A DNA stretch of 64,000 bases from Azolla caroliniana (GCA_043228905.1 JBHGNT010000021.1:8618001-8682000); one strand, 5' to 3'. Counted from the first letter of the stretch, positions 26,248-39,409 are shown. A program made the numbers and translations. Notes: generated by a model not told the origin, from the letters alone.

Positions 26248-29200
26248 TCATTCCTCGCCCGTCGGTTCTTCCTCGTTTTCGGATCGTTCGTCACTGCTGA
26301 CTAGGAGAGCCGGGTCTGGCTCGTCGTCGTGTCGCTTCCTGAACGCTTTGATCCGCTTCCCTGCAACCGGTATCGCCATTCTCGTGCCGTCGAGTTCCGC
26401 CAGGTGATATGTCCCGTTGTCATTGGCGCTCCGTACCACGTAAGGCCCGAACCACCTTCGTGCGAACTTCCGTGTAGCTCGGTGCTGGTTGTCGAGGCTG
26501 CTGTCGTAGACGAGCACCCAGTCACCTTCTTCGATTTTCTTCGGTCGGAGCCGGTGCGTTCGGTCGAACCTGGCTTTGTTCTTTGTCCTCGCCACCCGGA
26601 GCTTCTCCGCAGCCAGTTCCACGTCCTCCGGTCTCCGCTCGAGCTGTCGTATACGCGCGGCCAACAACTCCTCCCGGCTCATCTCGTCCCTCCAGTCGAC
26701 CGTTGCCCACGAGGAGATCGTCCGTTCCATCGGCATGATCGGCTTCTGGCCGAACATGAGCTCCGTCGGCATGTACCCGGTTACCGAACTGTGCGTGGTC
26801 CGGTCTGCCCACAAAGCATAAGGTAGCAGCCGCGGCCAGTTACCGACTCGGCCTCCGCATGCCCGAACCAACGCCTTGACGATCGGCCCGTGTCCGCGCT
26901 CCACCTTTCCATTCGCCTCCGGATTGTACGCAGTGGTGAGCGAGAGCTTGACTCCCAGCCGGTCGAACAGCTCCGCGGCTTCTTCGGCGTCCAACTCCCC
27001 TCGGTCAGCCACGATCTTCCCAACGCACCCGTACCGGCATATCACGTCCTCGATTAGGAACCGACATACGGCCGCGGTCGTTTTGTTCGGAAGGGCCCGG
27101 CCTTCCACCTGGTTCGTCAGATCCTCCCGCGCTAGGACCAGGTACCGCATCTGTCCTACCCCCATTGGCATCGTCACCAGATCTACCATCCATTTGAAGT
27201 GGATGGTCGGAGGGTACGTAGGGTGAAGCTCGTCCCGGTGTCGGACCACGGAGTGCATCTGACAGCTCTCGCAAGTTGTCACGAATCGATGCACGTCCTG
27301 GTACAGTCCCGGCCACCAGTACTTCTCCTTTATCTTCTCGAACGTGGCCCAAGTTCCACGGTGTCCGGCCCAAGGGCTGTCGTGGTAGGCCGTCAGCAGC
27401 TCCTCCTGTTCTTCCTTCATCGCCACCACCTGGAGCGGAGCGCCGTCCCTCTTCTTCGGGTGCTTCCATAGATAGCCATCCCGGAGAAAGAACCGGTACG
27501 CTTTCTTCCGGATCCGGTTGGCCTCGTCTTTCGTCCATGACGCATCCGGCGCCATTGTCCTCAAGAACCCGCCGATCTGCAGCCACTCCCCGTCGTACTT
27601 GCTCGCGTCGAAGTCGTTAAGCGCCGGAGTGCTCGTCCCGTCGGTTGTTACGTATGCTGCCTCGAAGAAGTCCACGCCGACCTCTTCGTCCTCCGAAACC
27701 ATGCCGCCCTCGTCATCGAACCTCGCCCTCGAAAGCATGTCGGCCATGGCGTTGTCTTTCCCGGAAATGTGTCGTATTTCCGGGTCCAGGGACTTGATGT
27801 ACGCTATCCACCTGAGCATTGACAGGTCCGGCGTCGCGCATCCGGAAACCATGCCGAGAATCGGCATGCAATCCGTCTCTATGCTTACCTCTGTCCCGAT
27901 CAGATAGTCCTTGTCGGCCTTCACCGCCGAAACGATACCCCAGAGTTCGCGTTTAACCTGGGCGTATCCTCGCTGCCGCTCACTGAGGACCTTCGCGCCG
28001 AATCGGATCGGAAACCGATTGCCGTCCTCGTCTTCTTGGTTGACGACCCACCTGATTCCGGTCGGACTCGTGTCAACCGTTATGTACACTGGGGTGCCCT
28101 TCCTGTAGACGGCCTTTCGGAGCGCCGGTGCTGCCGAAAGAGCCTCCTTCAGCTTCCGGACCGACTCCGTGTGCTTGTCTAGCCATTCGAATCTTCGCCC
28201 TTTCTTCAATAATCCGTACAGCGGCTCCGCGACGTGCGCGTAATGCGGGATCCATATGTGGTAGAAGGCGCATGCTCCCAAGAATCTTCGTACTTCCGTG
28301 ACCGAGCTGCAATCAGGCTTCATCGCGGAGATGGCTTCTACCTTTGCCGGAGACGGTTTCCGGCCATATGGTCCACATAAATGTCCGACCACCATGATTT
28401 CCGACTGCCCGAAGGCTGACTTCTCCCCCGAGAAGGTGAGCCTCGCATTCTCTAGCCTTTGCAGCACCTTCTCGCAGTCGTCGATGTGCGTCATCACGAA
28501 TCGCCGGCATCCGTCCGGCCCGATCGTCTCGTCCTTCTCTTCTACCGGGCATCCCTTGATCGGGATGTCGTCTAGAAACGGCATGGTGATGTCCGGGATG
28601 CAGTCCCTCAGCACCTTGTTCATTGCATTCACCATGTGGGCCACCGAGTTGGTCCCTCCTTGCGGCAGCGTACACATCCGCACTAGGCCGAGGGGAGTTC
28701 GCATCGTCGTAATGTCTCTGCTCTCCACGGCTAGCTGGAACTGGTCGTACCCTGAGTATAGATCACCGACTGAGTAAATCGACCTTCCGGCGAAGGCCTC
28801 CGCGAACTCGTCTATGGTCGGTCCGATCCCTGCGTTCCGAATGGTCACTCTGTTGACCGGCTGCAGGTCCTGAATGAAGCGCAACGATCCGTTTTTCTTT
28901 GGTACGGTAAACCATCGGTTTGAATATGGGGCGCTCGACGGCTCGAGAATGCCCATATCAAATTTTTGCTTCAACAGCTCCATCAACTTCGGGATGTGAG
29001 CTCTCGGAACCGGAATTGGCTTGAGACTCCACGGTACATGCGGTACCGCGAATATCACCATTGGCTCTACGATCGTCGGGTCTACGCACCCGATTTCCTC
29101 CGGTGAGAATGCGAAGGCTTTCCCGTGCCTTCCGAGCATTCTCCGAAACCGGTCTTCCTCCACCGACAGTAGGAACCCGCCCCCACCGATCTTCAGCTCG

Positions 29201-29729
29201 CGGAGCGTCTCGTTGGTGAAGGTGTGTCCTATGCAGGCCGGATCTCGTAAGCTGGGGTCCGACGCAACCCCTTTGATTCGGGATTCGCTGCCCTCCGGTA
29301 AGGGCGCCGCAACTGGCCTCACCTTCCGGTCCACAGTCTTGTACTTGGTGCTAACTCGGGCCGTCCGTTCCGACTCGAGCCCTCGACCGAAGTCCGCGAT
29401 GACTTCGTACATTTCTTCGGAACACACCGGTATCGTCCGGTCTTCGTTAAGGTCTTCTTCGACTACCTTCCCCAGCATTCCCAAGGTGTCGTCGAAGGAG
29501 ACTGCCTCCACGGCTCCGTCGATTTCTTCGTCAGGGCCGAGAACTCCGCACGCCCGAAGTCTCCCCTCCGTCTTTGTTTTCTCTCGGCCGGCGATGCCGA
29601 CCATCGTACATGCTCCGCTGTCGGAGAAGCAAAATTTTCTACCTATTGTACACGGTTTTATCGTACAGATGTGGGGTTTTCCCGGAGCATCCGGACTGTC
29701 GCGGCCCCACGCCTTGGCAGTCCTCTCTA
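26248..29729 (-). CDS. G2 Pol (RT, RNase H, integrase); probably reached by -1 frameshift (first ATG at 29604)
   Basis: Uninterrupted frame: DLYSGYDQ, LPQG, FLDD, VDTS, H...H...CESC, ADRGEL, NGKVER, GPY motif; open back to the slippery site. Confidence 0.95.
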
Positions 29730-31853
29730 AAAATCCTCTCGGTTTTCGGAACCGAGGGAGTCGCGGTTACGTTCGTGGTTCGGCCGTACCGTCAGAAACT
29801 GGACCGAATGGCGCCCGTCTTGGCTTTTGACCCTCGCGTAGGCCGAACCATTGTCCAGCACCTTGGTCTCCATTCGTGCCGCCGTGATGTACGGCTCTCC
29901 CAGTATGACCGGATGCGAAGACGTCTCCTGCACGAAGAAGTGCTGGTCAATCTCGACGTCGCCGATCTTGACTCGCACATTCGGACAGGCCCCGTGCAGT
30001 TCCTCGGTGGCGCGCGTTGCTGCCCTTATTTTCCACCCGTGCTTGGTGTTGATCGGCCATTTGCCCTTCTTATAGAAGTCCATGGACATCAAATTGATCT
30101 CTGATCCGTGGTCCACCAAAGCTATCACCGGTTCCTGGACATCGCCGATCTTCACCGGGGTTTCCGTGGTCGCTCGGGCCCAGTGTGGTCTCGAATAGTG
30201 GCTTTCCGCCCACTCGTCTCCCAGCGCCATGTCGTCTAGGTGCGTCGTCCGCACTTCCACCGGTCTTTCCGGTTCTGTCTCCGTTGACAGCCTCTTCCGT
30301 TTCACCAAGTCCACGATGGAGTCGTGGAACTCCTTCTTGGCGATTCCCAGCACCTCTCGTAACGATAGCTCCACCTTGCTGTCGAGGATCCGTTCCTCCA
30401 GGACCTTTCGTAAGTCCGTGGTCCTTTCTATCTCCGTCCCCAGACGGTACCCGCCCTTCTGGGGTTTATCTTGCGTACTGGCCCCGCCGGCTTCGTCCCG
30501 TTGTGGCCCAGACCGGGTCTCGTATCGTTGTGAGGGCCCGATCGTCCCGGGTTTCCCCACCCGCTTCTCTTCTACCAGAGCCTCGTAGTTCTGGCAAGCG
30601 GCTTCCACGAAGCCCGTCTTTTCCTCGACCGGGTCGCTCCACCCGGTCATCTCCCGTACCCGTTTCTCCGCACGGTCCGATTCCTCCCTTTTAAGCCTTG
30701 CACCGGCAAGGCCTTCCAGCATCGTCGGCCAGAATCCGGCTTTGCTTTCCCTTCGGGCCTCGCCGCCCCCGACTCGAATGCCGGCTGACGCCGAGTAGTG
30801 GACGGTTTCCGCGTGTCGGGCCGCCGCCTCTTCCATCAACCTTTTCATACCACCTCGCCCGTCGTTTCGGCTCAGGGCCCTTCGGGTGTCGCTGGCATGC
30901 ACCCGTCCTTCCCACAGGTACACCACCCTGTTCCTCAACGCCTCCGCGAAGTCGCCGCAGTCCTTCCGAATGTGGCCGACTTCATCGCACCACATGCACC
31001 TGTTTCCTGCCGCCGGCCGTCGGTCACGAGCCGGTTCGCCACCTTCCCTTCGGGCTTGCGTGATTTGGAGGTCCTTTATCGCCCTCGTCAATTCCTCCAG
31101 CGCCGCTCCTCCGGTTGAGCCTCTGACTACGCCGGTCGAAGCCGAACCGGTTTCCAACCCCTCTCGGGTCTCTTCCTTTCGCACCTGTGGCGCTGGTTCG
31201 AGCTTCCTTGCTGCGACCGAGCCCGACCCGGTTGCCCCGTTATCCGCCCATTCTCGCCGTTTGTCGAAACGGCCACAGACTTTCTTGACAGCCGCCCAGT
31301 CGGTAGTGAGCCCGTCTTCGGTTTCCAGCAAGAGGCCCACTTGCTCCCGATCCCGCTCGTCGACCGACTTAACAAACAGCAAGACCCGGCTCGTGTCCAG
31401 GATGGTTCGGTCGAGCGCCGAAAGGCGCGCAAAGTTTTCCTCGAACTCCCGGAGGAGTGCCGACGCGTTTCTTCCCTTCCCCGGGGACTCCACCCATTCC
31501 ATGAACCTTCGCTTCGAAAGCCGGAGCGCGTCGTCCAGCCCGTATTTCTCTAGGAGCCGACCTTCGAACTCCTCCCAGGTACGGCTCTCCGCCCGCACCT
31601 CGAGCACCTCCGCATGGATGCTCGGCATCGCCACTCGGGGAAATCCGGCAAGACGCCTTTCTTCCGGAATGTCCCGCATCAGCATCTCTGCACCGTAGGA
31701 CGCCAAATACTTCGTGGCATCCTTCCCATCGAACTGGCCGATCGTGCCGACGACCGCCTCAATAGCTCTGTCGAGGGCACCGGTGCCCTCGCGCGCGTTT
31801 ACAATCCGATCCACGGCCGAAGCCATGGCCTCTGCAAGATCCGACCCCCTCAT
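29727..31853 (-). CDS. G2 Gag-protease
   Basis: 708 aa; CMWCDEVGHIRKDC; LVDHGSEIN...VILGEPY. Confidence 0.95.
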   Translation of the reverse strand: MRGSDLAEAMASAVDRIVNAREGTGALDRAIEAVVGTIGQFDGKDATKYLASYGAEMLMRDIPEERRLAGFPRVAMPSIHAEVLEVRAESRTWEEFEGRLLEKYGLDDALRLSKRRFMEWVESPGKGRNASALLREFEENFARLSALDRTILDTSRVLLFVKSVDERDREQVGLLLETEDGLTTDWAAVKKVCGRFDKRREWADNGATGSGSVAARKLEPAPQVRKEETREGLETGSASTGVVRGSTGGAALEELTRAIKDLQITQARREGGEPARDRRPAAGNRCMWCDEVGHIRKDCGDFAEALRNRVVYLWEGRVHASDTRRALSRNDGRGGMKRLMEEAAARHAETVHYSASAGIRVGGGEARRESKAGFWPTMLEGLAGARLKREESDRAEKRVREMTGWSDPVEEKTGFVEAACQNYEALVEEKRVGKPGTIGPSQRYETRSGPQRDEAGGASTQDKPQKGGYRLGTEIERTTDLRKVLEERILDSKVELSLREVLGIAKKEFHDSIVDLVKRKRLSTETEPERPVEVRTTHLDDMALGDEWAESHYSRPHWARATTETPVKIGDVQEPVIALVDHGSEINLMSMDFYKKGKWPINTKHGWKIRAATRATEELHGACPNVRVKIGDVEIDQHFFVQETSSHPVILGEPYITAARMETKVLDNGSAYARVKSQDGRHSVQFLTVRPNHERNRDSLGSENREDF

Positions 31854-31875
31854 CTTCTACTCTTCTGCCGCCTCC

Positions 31876-31893
31876 TTCACGTCGGGTTCACCA
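31876..31893 (-). promoter_or_regulatory. PBS (tRNA-Trp)
   Basis: TGGTGAACCCGACGTGAA 4 nt from the 5' LTR. Confidence 0.9.
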
Positions 31894-31897
31894 AAGA

Positions 31898-32689
31898 TGT
31901 CGAGATATTACACAAGTGCGTGTGGAAACGAGGCGGGACCGCGGGGGTCTCGAACCAAAGAGCAAGCGAGGGAGGAGAAAGAGAGAGAACCGGCTACGTA
32001 GGACCAGGGATACACAGGGACACGGCCCTTCAGCACGGATAACGCGAACAGACACCGACACAGACAGATGCGAATGATTAAATATGTATATTAACAAAAA
32101 TGGCTAACACGACTACAACCCTCGATGGGGCACAGGTTGGTTACAACCGAACAGGCCGGCGAACAGATGCCGATGCTTGTTCGCTTCGACGCACAAAGGG
32201 GTAGCAGGTCGGAGGTGCTGCCGGAAGCACTCGGGCGTTCCTCGAAACAGCGCGAGCCTCCTCGGGACCCTACACAGAAAGCTATGGAGCTCAAGAAGGA
32301 AGGAAACAGAGAGAGAAGCGTCCAGAAACGGTCCGACAGCACTTCGTCCTCTCTGCGCGAGATGCCTGCAACAGCTCTTTCCTGCTCCTTATATAGGCCG
32401 ACGAGCAGGCCGTCATGTCAGCTTTATCCCCTGTCCCTTTCAAACAGGGATCCGCTCCGTTCTTCACGCATCCGCGTAGTTACGCCGCCGACTCGTACAG
32501 TTCCTTAGCTCGCGCGCGCGACCGAAAAGACTGTTCGCGCGGTCTTTGTCTCCACTTGTGTTAGGGCCCGTTCCTGCCGATTATCCTCCTAATTCGCTTC
32601 TATGTACAACTTGGAGCGTGCGCGCGTGAGGAACTGGTTCCCACGCCTTGGTGCGCCGATTCCGCTTATGGACGGTTTTCTTCACGACA
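31898..32689 (-). repeat. G2 5' LTR
   Basis: Direct repeat of 25385-26176. Confidence 0.96.
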
Positions 32690-33120
32690 ACGTTCGTATA
32701 TGGAACTTCAACCAAGAGAGGCCGCATTTGAAAGTCAGAAGCAAAACCTCTTAGGTCCTGATCATCTACGACTAATGGCAATGAATACTATCAACACACC
32801 GAGAGATTCAAGGCTTCTTGATTCCATTCGGGAGCATATTGTGACCGATGCATTCGCCCAAGAGATTTTGAACCATATTATCCTAGATCATGCTTCTAGC
32901 TCCCAATCTCAAAATCCTCGTCTAGACTACACCCAATTCAGTTGGCATGATGGTTTACTTTTTCGACAAACTCTCTTGTATGTGCCGGACGGTCCTTCTC
33001 GACTCAAAGTCGTGCAACAATGTCATGACACACCAATGGCTGAACATTTTGCCATCCACAAGACTTTTGAGTTGATTTCTCGCCGATATTGGTGGCCACG
33101 GCTTCGCCATTTTGTTACGG

Positions 33121-35155
33121 TGTCATGAAGTATGAAAGCTTCACATTAAAAGTCTACAAAAAGATAAATACGTAACTAAAATAAAATATATCTTGATATT
33201 GTTAAATATAAAGGTAATATTAAAAACACACTATGATAATATTATACATTATATGTAGAGGCAAATAAAACATATATATTATATTACATGGACAAGAGAG
33301 GACTTGAACCAATAACCCCCACACGTGCACTATATATTGTATTACATGGGCAAGAGAAGACTTGAACCAACAACCTCCCCATTATGAACCTCAAAGCCTA
33401 CCATTTAGCCAATACTCATCATGTCTATAAAAAAAAGAAGTCTTGTTTTATTTGAAGTAGCAATGTATAGTCTAAACCATGTAATGTACTACATGTGCAC
33501 CATATAGCACACATACAAGAGCCCTCTTTGCATGTGTGACATATGGCCCACATGCAAAACCATCCCCTTCCTATAAAAGGAGAAGGGAGTATAGTCACAA
33601 GGAGATCAAGGAATCAATCAATCATATTGAATAGAATTATTGTATGGAATTGAGCGAAATTATATTGTAAGAGATATCATAATAGAGAAAGAGGGAGAGA
33701 AGGTAAAAGCTATATACAATCTTCAAAAGACAAGAGAAGAACTAGCTTGGCGGTGGCGGGCTCAACTCGCAACAAAAAGGCGGAGGTTCGAGTCTTATCC
33801 TCATCGAAAGATAGAAGGGAAGATTGTGGTTTCTTCTATCAAGAAAGAGAAGAGCGACTACCTTGTGAGACAAAGTTCAACGGTTCAACGACGCTCACAA
33901 CCATTTTGTAAATCTTTCATGAAATAATTATAAATTTCTTACATTCCCTCAATTATCATTTTACATCGTATCTTGTCATATCTTGTTGATCACTATTTAT
34001 CTATTTCCACTCTTTCGTCTCTTCTTTCCAAAATCCCAGCGATTCCTTCCTCACTTTCATGTTGTCTTCTGTTTACGCAACGCTACGCTTCTAGGCGAGC
34101 CATGCCACGACACAATTTGGTGAACCCGACGTGAAACGAGGAAGTAGAAGAGACAATTGATATGAAGAGTAATCAACATGGCAAGTACAAACACAATGGA
34201 TCCAATAAGGCTGTTTATTGAAAAGTTGAATCAAGATCGATTATTTCATGCCTTACGAGAAGTCCGAGAGAAGATTGGTATGTTTGATGGTACAAATATT
34301 TCGAAGTATGTGAATATATATTATGATGAAATGGAAATGTCTGGTATGAATGATGTCAATATGATAGCAAACTTTTATAAATTAGTGGATATGGAATTAA
34401 GAGATAGAATGCATGAAATACAAACATTGCATAGTTTGGATTGGAATGCATTCAAAGAAGCACTTGCGTCTGAATATGCTCGTGAGGATTTCTCTCGCGT
34501 TACTGTGCATTCATTCCATGAATGGGTCCTAAAAGAAAATAAATGATTATTTGTGGCTAACACGAAAAAAGAGTTTGATAGATTGTATGGACACTTAAAG
34601 CCAGAAGAAAGAAATTCTTTGTCTTGGCAAAAGGTTGCTTTATTTTGGTAGGCAGTTGACAAGAGATATAGAAAAGAATTGGAATTTATGCTTGAAGTAC
34701 CAAATACCGAGGATGGTATAACTGCAGATTGGAATGAGGTAACAAATGCTTGTAATAAATTTTTGAAAAGAATGCAAAGGAATGGTGTAATGCTACAAAT
34801 ACCACATGTGGGAATCACAAATAAGCTTGAGCAAAACATCGAAGTTCAAAGACTTGGTCGAGAACCATCACACGAAATGGTCCATCAACCACGAGAAATG
34901 ATCGAAACTAAGAGTGAGTCTTTGCTTGATGATTTAGTTCAAAGTATGAAAGATCTAACAATTAAAGTGGCAAAGTTTGAGAATGGTCAGACTTCGAGGT
35001 CAAGGGAACCATTTCGACCTCGATGCATGTGGTGTGATAGTCTCGAACATCGATTACGTGATTGTGCGGAATATAAGGACATGGAAAATTGAGACTTGGT
35101 TTATTGGAAAAATGGTAACATTTACATAACTGAAACTAGAAGTCCACTTAACTGA
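33121..35155 (+). mobile_element. Truncated AT-rich Phygy-like element G4: 5' LTR 33121-34112, PBS-Trp 34118-34135, gag remnant from 34178
   Basis: TGTCATG...CACGACA LTR; TATAAAA near 33572; gag with FDGTNI and CMWCDSLEHRLRDC, interrupted by stops. Confidence 0.85.
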
Positions 35156-38100
35156 AACTATGCATCTTGGTCCTACAAGATGCACCAGTACCTGCTCGGG
35201 CATGGTTACTGGAGCTATGTCGACAGAGCAAATGACACAACACCCGATGTGGGAACAGTCGGCGAGTAGAGTACTGTACTGCTTCGCGTCTTGTGTGGGC
35301 GAACAACTCCTAAGCTACATTCGGGATGCAAAAACGCCGAAAGATGCTTGGGGAAATCTAAACAAGATTTTCGCTGCAAGCACTACAGCCAGGAAGCTTC
35401 AACTCCGATAGGAGCTGAGCAACCTACGAGAACGCGACTTGTCGGTGGCAGACTACACCTCCAAAATCAAGGACATTTGCGACTCTCTGGCCTCCATCGA
35501 TGTGAATATCGAAGAAGCCAATATGGTGCAAATCTGTCTCGAAGGTTTGGCGTCAAAGTTCGGAATGTTCCGAACTGCTATGTGTACAAGGGAGAATATG
35601 CCGTCATTTTTCGACAACAGTCGATGCTCCTTGTGGAGGAGAACCACGCCAGTGCGTCAACAAGTGCACCCACCGACAACTGAATGTTGTACACGGAGGC
35701 GGATTGGCCTTGTGGGCGTGGTGGATGAGGCGGGTCGGCTCGCAATGGTAGCGGCCGCCAAGAGCAGGACCGAAGGCACAGAGCACGTGCTGACAACAGT
35801 TCTTTACCCTCCACAAGCAGGGGGAGTCAAGGCGGTGCCAGAGGCCGGCAAGAAAAGGCCGACACAGAATGCTCGTACTGTGGTAACAAGGGCCACATAG
35901 AAAGCGAGTGTTGGAAGAAGCGCGCCGATTCGGACAAATCCGGATCTGGCAAGGCCGGTAGAGAGAAACGACAATACTCGCACTACGCAGAAGGATCGGG
36001 AGGATCCAAAACCGAAAAAGCCGGTAAAGGGCCAGCCTTGGTGATGAAACACGAGGATAACTCGATGAAGAAGACCACTTCCAAATCGGAGGAAGTGAGG
36101 TATGTTGATTCTGGTGCATTGAATCACATGACGAGCCACAAAGAGTGGTTCTATTTCTTGGAGAAACAGGAACAACCGGGAGTCATCGAAACCGGAGACG
36201 ACACTCCTCACCCAATCATGCATGTCGGAGAAGTCCCTTTGAGCCACATCGGACAGAGAGGGAAGTTGATGAACGTATTACACATTGCGACTATCACGAA
36301 GAACCTAGTGTCAGTCGGTTAGATCGTTGACGAGGGGATGCAGGTACGGTTTACACACCTTGGGTTTATCGTGCAAGGGCGCAAAGATGGGAGGATGTTT
36401 ATCCTCGACACCAATGACGCCGACACCGCTATGTTTGCGAAAGGGCAGAAGGTCGAATCGGACATCGACCTGTGTCACAAGCGGATCGGCCACGTCAATT
36501 ATCGGAGGCTTCAAGACCTGCAATCGAAACAAGTCGTTTTCGGTTTGCCGAAATTTAGCAGCCGAAAGGCCGAAATTTGTGAAGCCTGCTAACTCAAGAA
36601 GCAACTCTGGCTTCCATTCCCCACCGAACGAAACCGTAGCCGTAACAAGCTCGAGCTTATTCATTTGGATGTATGGGGACCGGCATAGAACATTAGTCTT
36701 GGCGGGAGTCGATACTTTGACTCCTTCATTGACGACTACAACCGACACACATGGATCTACCTCATTGAGCAGAAGAGCGAAGTCTTCAAGTGTTTTTGGA
36801 ACCTGCAAAGCCTGGTTCAACGGGAAACAAAGAGGAAGATCAAGTGCCTATGGTCGGATGGCGGAAAAGAATATTTTTCCGGCCAATTCAACAGTTATCT
36901 GCACCAAAAAGGAATTCAGAGAGAGTTCAACTGCAAATACACACCAGAGCAAAATAGTGTGGCCGAGAGGAAGAACCGGTCAATTATCGACGTGGCAAGG
37001 GCGAGGCTGGAGGAGAAGAGCATGCCCAAATTCTACTGGGTTGAGGCGGTTCGGATGGCCGTCTATAACCAAAACCGGATCGGTGACAAGGTGTCCACGC
37101 ATGAGCTATATTTCGGGCGCAAGCTGAATTTGAGACACCTTCGAATATTCGGTAGCATTGCATATGTGCATGTGTCAGATGAGAAGCAGAGGAAGTTGGA
37201 TGCAAAGTCGGAGAAATGCATCCTGGTTGGTTACTTGCATGAGCAAAAGGGGTATAAGTGTTATAACCCCCGGGACGAAGCAGGTCCGAGTTAGCCAGGA
37301 TGTTGAGTTTGATGAGACGGCATCATGGTATGCCTTACCGGCTCCGACTTCCGACCCTGACCCGATACCAGAGGATGAGGTTAGTGAGACTGAACCGGTC
37401 CAGTTAGAAGACGAAGGGTTCGAGGCTCTAGATGTGAGTCTGGAATCGTTTCGGTTGAGCGGGCCGAACAAGTGACTGGGTCAGACAGACCAGTCGGAAG
37501 ATGAACCTGTGAATAGTGGAGACTCTGTAGTGTTCCCCCTGCGCAAGGAACTGAGGAGACGGTTCATGCGCAAGGAAAAGGGGAAGAGGAAGAAGCCAGA
37601 GCACGAGACTGGCAATGGTGAGTCGGATTAGAGAGGATCCGACTCCGAAAAAGAAGAAGGCGGATCTTCGACAACGAAGACCGAACCGGCTAAGAAGGGC
37701 CTTAGACCGGGTAACGATAAATTACGTGGGTCTTCCCGCCAGAAGAAGCGGAACGGGTACAATGAGTACATGGTGCATCACTATGCATACATGACCAAGG
37801 TGGTGGAAGTGCGTGGGCCGGAGAGCTACGTAGAAGTAGCAAAGGACGCAAATTGGCGTGCCGCTATGGAGGAAGAAATGCGGGCACTTGATGCCAATGA
37901 CATGTCGGACCTAGTTGACCCTCCCCGACACTGTAAACCGGTCGGATGTAAGTGGGTGTACAAGGTAAAGTACAATGCCGACGGTTCGGTTAACCGGTAC
38001 AAGGCCCGGTTAGTGGCGAAGGGATACGCGCAGACCCACGGAATCGACTACGACGAGACCTTCGCTCCGGTAGCGAAGATGGCGATGGTTCGTGTGGTGT

Positions 38101-39409
38101 TGGCGGTTGTTGCGGCAAGGGGGTGGCATCTTCACCAGATGGACGTGAAGAATGCATTTCTTCAAGGCGATCTTGAAGAACAAGTCTTTATGACCCAACC
38201 CCCTGGTTTCCAATCAGAGATGAACAAGTCGGCGGCAATTCTGGACCCTCCACAAGCAGGGGGAGTTAAGTTGGCGCCGGAGGCCGGCAAGCAAAGGCCG
38301 ACACGGAATGTTGGTACTATGGTAAAAAGGGCTACAGAGAAAGCGAGTGCTGGAAGAAGCACGCCGATTCGGACAGATCCGAATACGGCAAGACTGGCAG
38401 AGAGAACCGGCAATACTTGCACTACGCAGAAGGATCGGGAAGATCCAAAACCCGAAAAGCTGGTAAAGGGCCAGCCATGGTGATGAAACACGAGGCTAAC
38501 TCGATGAAGAAGACCACTTCCGAATCGAAGGACGTGTGGTACGTTGATTCCGATGCGTCGAATCACATGACGAGCCACAAAGAGTGGTTCTATTTCTTGG
38601 AGAAACAGGAACAACCGGGAGTTGTCGAAACCAGAGACAACACTCCTCACCCAATCATGCATATCGGAGAAGTCCCTTTGAGCCACGTCGGACAGAAGGG
38701 GAAGCTGATGAACGTATTACACATTGCGACTATCACGAAGAACCTGGTGTTAGTCGGTCAGATCGTTGACGAGGGGATGCAGGTGCAGTTTACGCACCTT
38801 GGGTGCTTCATCGAGGAAGAGGGCCAGATTATTGCGCAAGGGCGCAGAGAAGGGAGGATGTTCATCCTCAACACCAATGATGTCAGCACCACTTTGTTCG
38901 CCAAAGGACAGAAGATTGAATCGGATATTGATCTCTAGCACAAGTGGATCGGCCACGTCAATTACCGGAGGCTTAAAGACCTGCAAACGAAACAAGTTGT
39001 TTTCGGTTTGCCGAAGTTCAATGGCCGGAAGGCCCAAATATGTGAAGCCTGCCTACTCGGGAAGCAACATTGGCTTCCATTCCCCACCGAAAGAAACCAT
39101 AGTCGTAACAAGCTCGACCTTATTCATTCAGATGTATGGGGATCGGTACTGAACGTTAGTCTTGACGGGAATCGGTATTTCGTCTCCTTCATCGACGACT
39201 ATAGTCGGCACACATGGATCTACCTCATTGAGGAGAAGAGAGAAGTTTTCGAGTGTTTCCGGAACCTGCAAAGCCTGGTTGAAAGGGAAACAGAGAGGAA
39301 GATCAAGTGCCTGCGGTCGGATGGCGAAAAAGAATATTTTTCCGGCCAATAAAGGAATTCAGATTCATTCAAATGTATGGGGACTGGTACAGAACGTTAG
39401 TCTTTGTGG

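Larger units (their letters stand above)
25385..32689 (-). mobile_element. Complete, young Phygy-like Ty3/gypsy element G2 (7305 bp)
   Basis: Two 792-bp LTRs with 4 differences seen, PBS-Trp, PPT 26177-26188, intact gag-PR and pol ORFs, ACGT target-site duplication. Confidence 0.97.
23935..33120 (+). mobile_element. Degraded Tcn1-like chromovirus pol (RT, RH, start of INT), split by G2
   Basis: 23935-25384 and 32690-33120 are homologous to pol 56455-59244 (LPEHRPYDCPIDL, MPFGL, YMDDIL, EASDFALG, HDTPMAEHF) with stops and frameshifts. Confidence 0.88.

Noticed and set aside
29021-31698. Long antisense ORFs (about 270 aa) over G2, and similar ones over C1
   Set aside because: Expected shadows of GC-rich coding sequence; no recognisable motifs
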